Source of the DNA: Deltaproteobacteria bacterium
Lineage (GTDB): Bacteria > Desulfobacterota > Syntrophia > Syntrophales > Smithellaceae
Direction of reading: 5' to 3'
Length of the DNA: 58,487 nt
Assembly (NCBI GenBank): GCA_022711575.1
Contig: JAKLES010000001.1
Coordinates: 1-58,487, forward strand
In this document: in pieces, positions 36,309 to 44,700 of the stretch
Layout of the letters: each line of letters begins with the position of its first letter
Numbering within the stretch: position 1 is the first letter of the stretch
Notes under the pieces: generated by a model
Databases searched by the model: none
The model's input: the letters and a program-made list of their open reading frames with translations, nothing else
What the model was told of the DNA's origin: nothing
Translations under genes and position numbers: made by a program

Positions 36309-38183
36309 TTACTCCTTCAGCGCGCCGGTGAAGTTTTCGGATTCCACCTTGATCGCCGCGCCCTCATTGTTCATCACGCACTCGGCCTGGCCGAAGAATT
36401 TCGGAAATTCCGCGCCGATGAAAAACTGCGCCGAGAGCACCCGGCCGTTGTAGTAGGCGGCTTCGGGATTGGTCTCGAGAATTTTCTTACGGTCCGCGCC
36501 TTTGGCGTCGCCCAGGAGTTCTCTTGATTTCGGAATGGTAATCGTCAGGCTCCACAGGTGCAGCCAAGCCACGACCAGCGGGAACATCGCCTGCTGCATC
36601 GGCGTGGCGTTGGCCACCAGCGCCAGGAACTTGCCTTCCTGAAGCTGCTTCACCATCATGTTGATGATTTCATCGAGTTTTGCAATGCCGCGCTCAACCG
36701 GAGTGACATAACGCTCATCCACAATGCCTTTGGCCATGGCAACGGTATCCGCGAAATATTTCTTCAGCATCTGATAGTTGAACATATCCTTGTTCATCAG
36801 GATCTTGCGCATCTGCAGATCCAGCGACTGAATCGCGTTGGTGCCTTCGTAGATTGAGAAAACCTTCACGTCGCGGGCGTACTGTTCGACAGGGTATTCC
36901 TGGCAGTAGCCGTAGCCGCCGTAAACCTGCATCGCTTCGGCGGTCACCAGCCAGGCGGCGTCGGAAATGCCGGCTTTCACGATGGGAGTCAAAATTTCAA
37001 CGATGCCCGTCGCCGCCTTCGTCTCCTCGGGTGATGAGGAATAATGCATAATATCCTCATGATGCGCCAAAAAGAGGCACAGCATGCGCATACCCTCAAT
37101 CGTGCTCTTCATATACAGCAGCATTCGTTTGACATCCGGGTGCTCGATAATCGGAACCCTGGGAGCCTTGGGGTTCATGGACTGCGTGATATGAACGCCC
37201 TGAATGCGGTTGCGGGCGTATGTAATGGCGTGCATGTAGGCGGCTGAGGACACGGCCTCGGCCTGAACGCCGGTGTGGATGCGGGCCGCGTTCATGAGCA
37301 TGAACATGACCTTCATCCCCTCGCGTTCCTTGCCCAGAAGGTAGCCGATGCACTTGCCGTTGTCGCCAAAATTCAGTGTCGAGGTGGCGTTGCCTTTGAG
37401 TCCCATTTTATGTTCAATGCCTGTGCAATAAACATCGTTGCGTTCGCCCAGCGTCAGGTCGGGGTTGATCAGGTACTTGGGCACGACAAAGATGGAAATG
37501 CCCTTTGTCCCTTCCGGGTCGCCTTCAATGCGCGCCAGCACGGGATGGATGATGTTTTCCGTTATGTCATGCTCGCCGTTGGAGATGAAAATTTTCTGGC
37601 CGGAAATGAGAAACGTGCCATCGGGCTGCCGAATAGCCTTCGTTTTGAGCGCTCCCAGGTCGGAGCCCGCGCCGGGCTCAGTCAGGCACATCGTGCCGCC
37701 CCACTTGCCCTCGAACATTTTGGGAAGAAACATGTTTTTGACTTCTTCGGAACCGAACGACTGGATGATGTGAATGGCGCCCGTGATAGCGCCGCAGTAC
37801 ATGGTCAGCGACGTGTTGCCCGCGTTGAAATACTCGGCCGCCGCCATCGAGATCGACGAGGGCATCCCCATTCCGCCGATTTCCGGCGGAAACGCCAGAG
37901 AGTGGAAGCCCGCTTCGATATAGGCGTTGAATCCCTTGCGGAAGGATTCGGGAACTTTGACGGAATTGGATTTGGGATCGAATTTCAGTCCGACCGTGTC
38001 GCCATCCCGGTTCGATGGATAAAACTGCTGCAGGGCGATTTTTTCGGCCAGTTCCAGTGTATCCTCATACACCGAGCGATCGAATTCTTTCAGACGGTCA
38101 AACCGGTTGAGTTTCTCCAACTCCAGCATTTCAAAAAGGGTAAAACGAACATCACGCGAGTCAACTAACTGATTTAACGACAT
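36309..38183 (-). CDS. Long-form acyl-CoA dehydrogenase (~624 aa, with a C-terminal extension domain)
   Basis: ACAD N, middle and C domains (TEPGAGSD, IFISNGEHD, QVYGGYGY..EYPVEQYARD). ATG at 38183 with AGGAGGGG upstream. It looks visibly more GC-rich than its neighbours. Confidence 0.9.
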   Translation of the reverse strand: MSLNQLVDSRDVRFTLFEMLELEKLNRFDRLKEFDRSVYEDTLELAEKIALQQFYPSNRDGDTVGLKFDPKSNSVKVPESFRKGFNAYIEAGFHSLAFPPEIGGMGMPSSISMAAAEYFNAGNTSLTMYCGAITGAIHIIQSFGSEEVKNMFLPKMFEGKWGGTMCLTEPGAGSDLGALKTKAIRQPDGTFLISGQKIFISNGEHDITENIIHPVLARIEGDPEGTKGISIFVVPKYLINPDLTLGERNDVYCTGIEHKMGLKGNATSTLNFGDNGKCIGYLLGKEREGMKVMFMLMNAARIHTGVQAEAVSSAAYMHAITYARNRIQGVHITQSMNPKAPRVPIIEHPDVKRMLLYMKSTIEGMRMLCLFLAHHEDIMHYSSSPEETKAATGIVEILTPIVKAGISDAAWLVTAEAMQVYGGYGYCQEYPVEQYARDVKVFSIYEGTNAIQSLDLQMRKILMNKDMFNYQMLKKYFADTVAMAKGIVDERYVTPVERGIAKLDEIINMMVKQLQEGKFLALVANATPMQQAMFPLVVAWLHLWSLTITIPKSRELLGDAKGADRKKILETNPEAAYYNGRVLSAQFFIGAEFPKFFGQAECVMNNEGAAIKVESENFTGALKE

Positions 38184-38364
38184 ATTCCCCTCCTTAAAAA
38201 ATATATTCACATCGAACGCTTGTTGTTTTTCTTAGCAGATAAAAAGCGAAAAGCAAGAGATATTTTCAATTAAGTTAAATGTTTATAATTTAACACGTTA
38301 CGTCTTGACGTGAATTGGGTTAATGGGCTCAAGGATGAATACTTCACTATAGTTAGTTTATCCG

Positions 38365-39147
38365 CTATTCGCTGTATGGTTTAGTCGCTGTACATTTCGG
38401 GTAAGCTGAACAGCCCCAGAATTTTTCTCCTGCGGCCTGCCCTTTTTTTGCTGTTCGTAAAACCATCTTTGCGCCACAGTCGGAACAAATAACAGCGTTT
38501 TGCTTATCACTCTTGATTTTCTGCACATTCGCAACATGTTCCCGATGTGTTTTAAAAGAGGGTACTAATCTTCCGCTCCCAATTTTTTTGATAATTTCCG
38601 TCACTTCCGAAGAAGAGAGAACACGTCGCGTTTTTGATTTGATATACCTGATGTATCCGTATCCATAAGTCACATTTTCAGGCATCGGTGTCTTGAATGT
38701 GCTGTCGCCGACAAAGACAACTAGAGAATGAATTTGCTCATCCTTCAGGTTCAACAGTTTTTGAAGGGTCTTGACGTGTTTATAATTTTGATGAAGCGGG
38801 TTTTGAAATTTTCCCGAATGTTTGAAAATTTTCTGCGTCCACATTGCATCATGTGAATTGCCGAAAATCCAACCTTTTATATTTTTTGTTTCAACAACGA
38901 AAACGCCATAGGCAGAAACAATGACATGATCAATTTGCGTTGTTCCATTTTCTGTCGGCAAGGTAACATTTTTAACAATATGATAATCGTTTTTATCGAG
39001 CAGGAATTTCCCCAGAACATTTACAATGAATTCTCCTGTTAAACCCTTAACCCAAGGTGATTTAAGAATACCTATCAGAATAGCTGCAGGAATTAGAAAA
39101 AAGATTACGTAAGTCATTAATTGTTTTGCAACAGGAGAAAAATCCAT
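38365..39147 (-). CDS. NERD (nuclease-related) domain protein with N-terminal TM helix and C-terminal topoisomerase-type zinc ribbon
   Basis: NERD core (GEFIVN..L......Y....N..LP......QIDHVIVSAYGVFVVETKN..GWI) plus CSDCGAKMV...FWGCSAYPKC. AT-rich. Confidence 0.85.
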   Translation of the reverse strand: MDFSPVAKQLMTYVIFFLIPAAILIGILKSPWVKGLTGEFIVNVLGKFLLDKNDYHIVKNVTLPTENGTTQIDHVIVSAYGVFVVETKNIKGWIFGNSHDAMWTQKIFKHSGKFQNPLHQNYKHVKTLQKLLNLKDEQIHSLVVFVGDSTFKTPMPENVTYGYGYIRYIKSKTRRVLSSSEVTEIIKKIGSGRLVPSFKTHREHVANVQKIKSDKQNAVICSDCGAKMVLRTAKKGQAAGEKFWGCSAYPKCTATKPYSE

Positions 39148-39182
39148 ATGAAAGTATCCTCTTTGTGTCGATATTTATTTTT

Positions 39183-40004
39183 CTAAGGGTGGATCAAACG
39201 CAAGACTTCTGTCCACACACGATCCCAGGCACCTGCGAAAAAGTGGTTTTGCGCTTCCGGCATTGTTTCAATGGGAATGCCAAACCTGTCGGCCAATCCT
39301 TTGGTGGTTGCGACCGGATACCAAGTGTCGTCTTCGGTGATAAAGATGCGGGTACGCTCGGCGAACTTTTCCAGTTCTTTGAACGCATTATGTCCTGGTA
39401 GAAAGAGGTTTTCCAGGAATGCGCCCAAATGAATATGCGCGGGAACTTCATCTAGCATTTGCCGGTAACCGTTCGATTTCCATACATCGGTATCCAACCA
39501 TTTCTCGTCGGCAAGTACCAGTCGTGGAATGGTATCATCGCGCGTGTACATGCATAGGACATCGACGAATTCAGAGATAGTTTTTCTTTGATACATGGAA
39601 AAGAGTGATTCACGCGAATCGGGCACCGGCGCGACCAGCACAAACTGTTCGGGCAGGCGATAACGTGCCGCGAATTGCAAACAGGCGTTTGCACCTGCGC
39701 TGTGGGCAACCATGATCAAGGGTGTTTCTGAAGGGACGCAGGCCCGGATAATTTCGTCCAGGTCGTTAGACATGGCCTGAATTGCCATTTCGCCCTCGGA
39801 ACGGCCGTGACCGCGCGGATTATAGAGAATACAGGCGCAGTCATGGGCCGTGAAGTTTTCTACCGGCACCCGATACATCTGCACCGCGCCACCCATACAG
39901 GGCCAGACAATCAGGCAGACTTTGGGATTTTCCGGCACGGTAACCAGGACTTCTAAAAGGATGCCGTCCCTGGTCAGGAACGTCTTTAGCGTTTTTGCAG
40001 CCAT
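39183..40004 (-). CDS. Alpha/beta hydrolase
   Basis: Nucleophile elbow VAHSAGA and an alpha/beta-hydrolase length and pattern. Function unknown. Confidence 0.7.
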   Translation of the reverse strand: MAAKTLKTFLTRDGILLEVLVTVPENPKVCLIVWPCMGGAVQMYRVPVENFTAHDCACILYNPRGHGRSEGEMAIQAMSNDLDEIIRACVPSETPLIMVAHSAGANACLQFAARYRLPEQFVLVAPVPDSRESLFSMYQRKTISEFVDVLCMYTRDDTIPRLVLADEKWLDTDVWKSNGYRQMLDEVPAHIHLGAFLENLFLPGHNAFKELEKFAERTRIFITEDDTWYPVATTKGLADRFGIPIETMPEAQNHFFAGAWDRVWTEVLRLIHP

Positions 40005-40095
40005 AGTGATGAGCCACCTAGCAAATTTTTACTCTTCCGTCGATGGGAAATTCAGAGGAAAGTAAAGCTGAAAATTGTTCAAAAACGGGCTTGCC

Positions 40096-40124
40096 TTGAC
40101 AAGATCGTGCTCAAAGAGTATTCT
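40096..40124 (+). promoter_or_regulatory. Candidate sigma70 promoter upstream of the holin-family gene
   Basis: TTGACA (40096-40101), a 17-nt spacer, then TATTCT (40119-40124). The implied 5' UTR is about 105 nt. Confidence 0.35.
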
Positions 40125-40238
40125 ATGAACGCTGAATTCTTAGCCTTTCACAGTGGGCAATGAGAGTCCGTTTGTCACGCTCCAGCGTGGCCTTTTTAAT
40201 GTTCATAAACTTGCTGGGAATCGATTTTAGGAGGCTTT

Positions 40239-40577
40239 ATGTTAAACACTATTCTTCGATGGGTTATTAATGCAGGTCTATTAATGCTCGTTCCTTATAT
40301 TGTTCCGGGAGTCGTGATAAAAAACTTCTGGACAGCTCTGGTAGCGGCTTTGGTGCTGGCTTTTGTAAATGCTATCATCAAACCGATTTTAATTCTACTG
40401 ACTTTACCGATCAATATTCTTACCTTGGGATTATTTATTTTGGTCATTAATGCTTTGATGATTTGGCTTGTTTCAGCCGTCGTCAAAGGATTTGAAATTT
40501 CCGGTTTCTGGCCGGCTTTCTTTGCCGCATTAGTCTTTTCAATATTCTCACTTACATTAAATTATCTACTTGATTAG
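40239..40577 (+). CDS. Phage holin family IV / DUF360 (YvlD-like) 4-TM membrane protein
   Basis: 112 aa with four TM segments, and V.G......W.A...A..L..(V)N...KPIL..LTLP...LTLGLF..V.NA. AGGAGG RBS. Confidence 0.7.
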   Translation: MLNTILRWVINAGLLMLVPYIVPGVVIKNFWTALVAALVLAFVNAIIKPILILLTLPINILTLGLFILVINALMIWLVSAVVKGFEISGFWPAFFAALVFSIFSLTLNYLLD

Positions 40578-40854
40578 GATAATAAAAGACACATACTCAT
40601 TCGAATCCAAATGCTAAACTTTTTTCCAGTGATCGACATACCTGATAATGGCTTGGCTGCCTATTGATTAACTGATGCAGATGAACCTATGAATGATAGC
40701 TGACAATGATTAGGTGAATCTGCCTGCGTGGTACAGGAGAAGGCATACTCAAATCAAATTATTATATGGCTTCAAATTATATAGAAAATAAATTGACTGA
40801 ATATTTACCGGTTAACCATATAACATATAAGCACATAATATTATTAATGTATTT

Positions 40855-41206
40855 TGGTGGAGGCGGCGGGAATTGAACCCGCGTCCGAAAACCTTCCGCT
40901 GGAGCTTCTACGTGCGTAGCCTTCGTTTTAGAACCTTCACGCTGGTTTGCTCCCTAAGGCCGGATCTCACCGCGCTATCCTGTAAGAGTTCGCCGCCCTC
41001 CCCCAGGCAAGAAGTTTGGCTATCCTGTCTGAATGACGTTTCCCTCAGCCGACAGGAGAACTGAGTTCAACGTTAGCAGACTAAGCTGCTAAAGCGTAAT
41101 CGTAGTTGTCTGCGATTATATGTTTCCTACCTGTTTAACGAGGCCTGTAGGAACCTCGGCACGCTTCTACAACTTCAAATGTCCCCGTCGAAACCGTTAC
41201 GCCCCC
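40855..41206 (-). ncRNA. ssrA: tmRNA (SsrA), 352 nt, tag peptide ADNYDYALAA
   Basis: The minus strand starts GGGGGCGTAACGGTTTCGACGGGGA and ends GGTTCAATTCCCGCCGCCTCCACCA. The acceptor stem GGGGGCG/CGCCTCC includes the G3:U pair. The tag ORF GCAGACAACTACGATTACGCTTTAGCAGCTTAG lies at 41113-41081. Confidence 0.95.
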
Positions 41207-41225
41207 CCCTTTTTTATTTTCAATT

Positions 41226-41254
41226 AGTATAATCCCTGCATCGTTGTTTGTCAA
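41226..41254 (-). promoter_or_regulatory. sigma70-type promoter of ssrA
   Basis: The minus strand has TTGACA (41254-41249), a 17-nt spacer, then TATACT (41231-41226), about 20 nt upstream of the mature tmRNA 5' end. Confidence 0.55.
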
Positions 41255-41335
41255 AAAAATAAGGTTATTTATAAGCCTGGATTCCCGCCTGCGCGTGAAT
41301 GACAGAATTTAAGTATTTATTAAGTCAAAGTATTT

Positions 41336-41833
41336 TCAGCACCGCTCGATTTCATGCTTTTTCTTTTCTTTTTTCTTTTCCGCAAGGCGCATCTGCCTTC
41401 TTTCTTCCGCTTCTTTATGACGGTAGCGGTCTTCATCCGTTTCCAAAATCAAAGTTGGAAGCGGCATTGGCCTCTTGCCGGCGTCCAGCGCCACAAAGGT
41501 CAGATAGGCAGAACCTGTATGCCGTGTTATGCCCGTAATCGGGTTTTCCGCCTCTATGCGGACTCCGACCTCCATGGAAGTTCTACCCACATAGTTCACG
41601 GATGCCTTCAGCGTCAATACATCGCCAATATAGACAGGATGATGGAAATCCAGACGGTCAATGGATGCGGTCACCACATGCGCCCGTGCATGCCGTGTGG
41701 CGGCAACACCTCCGGCCGTGTCGATCAGTTTCATGATGTCACCACCATGGACGTTTCCGGCGGGATTGGCATTCTCCGGATTCATGGCCTGTGCAATAAT
41801 AACCCTGCTTTCACTTCCTTTTTTCCCTTCCAT
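41336..41833 (-). CDS. Acyl-CoA thioesterase (hotdog fold, YciA-like)
   Basis: ANPAGNVHGGDIMKLIDTAGGVAATRHA and the TSMEVGVRI motif. Lysine/glutamate-rich tail. Confidence 0.85.
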   Translation of the reverse strand: MEGKKGSESRVIIAQAMNPENANPAGNVHGGDIMKLIDTAGGVAATRHARAHVVTASIDRLDFHHPVYIGDVLTLKASVNYVGRTSMEVGVRIEAENPITGITRHTGSAYLTFVALDAGKRPMPLPTLILETDEDRYRHKEAEERRQMRLAEKKKEKKKHEIERC

Positions 41834-41848
41834 ATTTTATTGCCCTCA

Positions 41849-42325
41849 TTAAACCTTGATCAACTTTGATTTAAAATCACGGGCTAGTGTGCGGCGCTCT
41901 TCGCGCTGTTTGATATCCTGGCGGCGGTCGTAAAGTTTCTTGCCTTTACCGATGCCGATTTCAACTTTCACCATCCCGTTTTTGAAATAGAGGCGTAGCG
42001 GCACCAGCGCCAATCCCTTTTCCCGTGACTTGCCATAGAGCTTGCGAATCTCCCGTTTATGCAAGAGCAGCTTACGTGGTCGAAGCGGCTCGTGATTGGA
42101 TCGGTTGCCGAAATCATAATGACTGATATGCATTTCCCGCAGATAAACTTCATCATCCTTGACGACCGCGTAGCTGTCTTTGAGATTGGCCTTGCCGGCG
42201 CGCAGCGCCTTGACCTCCGTCCCGGACAGCACGATGCCGGCCTCGTAAATATCGTCGATATCGTAATTCACCCGCGCGAATTTGTTGGTCGCGATCAGTT
42301 TTTGCGCTGTATTTTCTTTTGACAT
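41849..42325 (-). CDS. smpB: SsrA-binding protein SmpB
   Basis: N(K)ARVNYDI....[21 protein letters not shown], and a basic C-terminal tail. Lies 640 nt upstream of ssrA. Confidence 0.95.
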   Translation of the reverse strand: MSKENTAQKLIATNKFARVNYDIDDIYEAGIVLSGTEVKALRAGKANLKDSYAVVKDDEVYLREMHISHYDFGNRSNHEPLRPRKLLLHKREIRKLYGKSREKGLALVPLRLYFKNGMVKVEIGIGKGKKLYDRRQDIKQREERRTLARDFKSKLIKV

Positions 42326-42360
42326 GGTTCGATTTTACCTTAAAACACGATTAAAGCCAT

Positions 42361-43128
42361 TTATATTTTCTTCTGCATCAGCAGATAATCCATTTTTATG
42401 TGGCCCATAGCTTTGTAAATATTATCCCGGATTTCCTTATTGTCCCGCTCCAATTCATTCAATAGATTTTTAACGTAAACCCGCTTTGAAATTTTACTTG
42501 TGGGACAATCGTTTTTTACTGCAGGAAATTGCCGCTCGCTGCTGTATTTCTTCACCAGTTCTTCCTGCAGATAAGCCAGCGGGCGTATAATATGCAGTTT
42601 GCCTCCAAATATGCTCTGATTAGGCATCATCGTGCTGATTTCGCGCCCGTAAAACATATTAATCAGCAGCGTTTCTATAATATCGTCACGATGATGGGCA
42701 AAAGCAATCTTGTTGCAACCTTTTTCATCGGCAATTTCAAAAATTCTTTTGCGCCTCAAACGAGAACACAAAAAACAGGGATTTTTCTTATTGAAATCAG
42801 AATGCGATTTAAGACCGATGTCGGTCTTTTCCATCACGTACGGGTAGTGATTGTCCTGAAAATATTTTTCAAGTACAGCATAGGCCTGATACGTTGGATC
42901 AAAACCCATGTCAATATTCACGGCAATGAAGGAAAAATCCGGCACAAAAATCATCTTTGAGTCCAGCAAATCCAGGAGTGCCAAGCTATCCGCGCCACCG
43001 GAAACGCCAATCAATATGCGGTCGCCTTCTTCGATCATGGAATAGTCCAGCACGGCTTTTTCCAGCCATTTTTTCAAATGAAGAAAGAGCTTGGTGTTTT
43101 TATCTTTTTTATCAACGTTCGTCTGCAA
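42361..43128 (-). CDS. ttcA: tRNA 2-thiocytidine(32) synthetase TtcA-like PP-loop ATPase
   Basis: MIEEGDRILIGVSGGADS (PP-loop), CFLCSRLRR, and HHRDDIIET. The start is uncertain: the maximal ORF begins with TTG at 43191. I prefer the TTG at 43128, which has AAGGAG 8 nt upstream. Confidence 0.75.
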   Translation of the reverse strand: MQTNVDKKDKNTKLFLHLKKWLEKAVLDYSMIEEGDRILIGVSGGADSLALLDLLDSKMIFVPDFSFIAVNIDMGFDPTYQAYAVLEKYFQDNHYPYVMEKTDIGLKSHSDFNKKNPCFLCSRLRRKRIFEIADEKGCNKIAFAHHRDDIIETLLINMFYGREISTMMPNQSIFGGKLHIIRPLAYLQEELVKKYSSERQFPAVKNDCPTSKISKRVYVKNLLNELERDNKEIRDNIYKAMGHIKMDYLLMQKKI

Positions 43129-43181
43129 ATTTTTTACTCCTTTTCGCTGGAAAATCAGCTTCTTTCTATATGACTTGCTGA

Positions 43182-44582
<1,401 letters not shown>

Positions 44583-44599
44583 GCAAGCAGAAGAATATT

Positions 44600-44642
44600 A
44601 AAAAGGCCATGTCCTTGCATTAAGGGTATGGCCTTTTTTTTA
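44600..44642. terminator. Bidirectional Rho-independent terminator shared by eno and plsB
   Basis: AAAAGGCCAT..CCTT..AAGG..ATGGCCTTTTTTTT. An A-tract lies upstream and a T-tract downstream, so it can terminate both convergent genes. Confidence 0.75.
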
Positions 44643-44700
44643 AGCTGCGTAACGGTTTCGAATTCGCTGCCCGGCAATATTCTATTTGCCTGATAAAAAA

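Noticed and set aside
37275-38168. A 297-aa plus-strand ORF, with several other long ORFs at 36558-37773, antisense to the acyl-CoA dehydrogenase gene
   Set aside because: These are shadow ORFs typical of GC-rich coding DNA. Their translations are low-complexity and Arg/Gly/His-rich, with no motifs and no RBS. The minus-strand frame has unambiguous ACAD motifs.
38365-39147. NERD-domain nuclease as a possible defence system
   Set aside because: It is a single gene with no adjacent ATPase, helicase, methyltransferase, toxin or other partner. The TM + NERD + topoisomerase-type zinc-ribbon architecture appears widespread as a stand-alone gene. That is insufficient to call a defence system.
40873-41064. 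A 63-aa ORF on the plus strand
   Set aside because: It lies wholly inside the tmRNA gene on the opposite strand, so the locus is explained by ssrA.
41278-41296. TGGATTCCCGCCTGCGCG upstream of ssrA resembles the tmRNA T-arm (CAATTCCCGCCGCCTCC), a possible att duplicate
   Set aside because: It is in the wrong orientation, lies on the 5' side of ssrA, and matches over only about 9 nt. Most likely chance.
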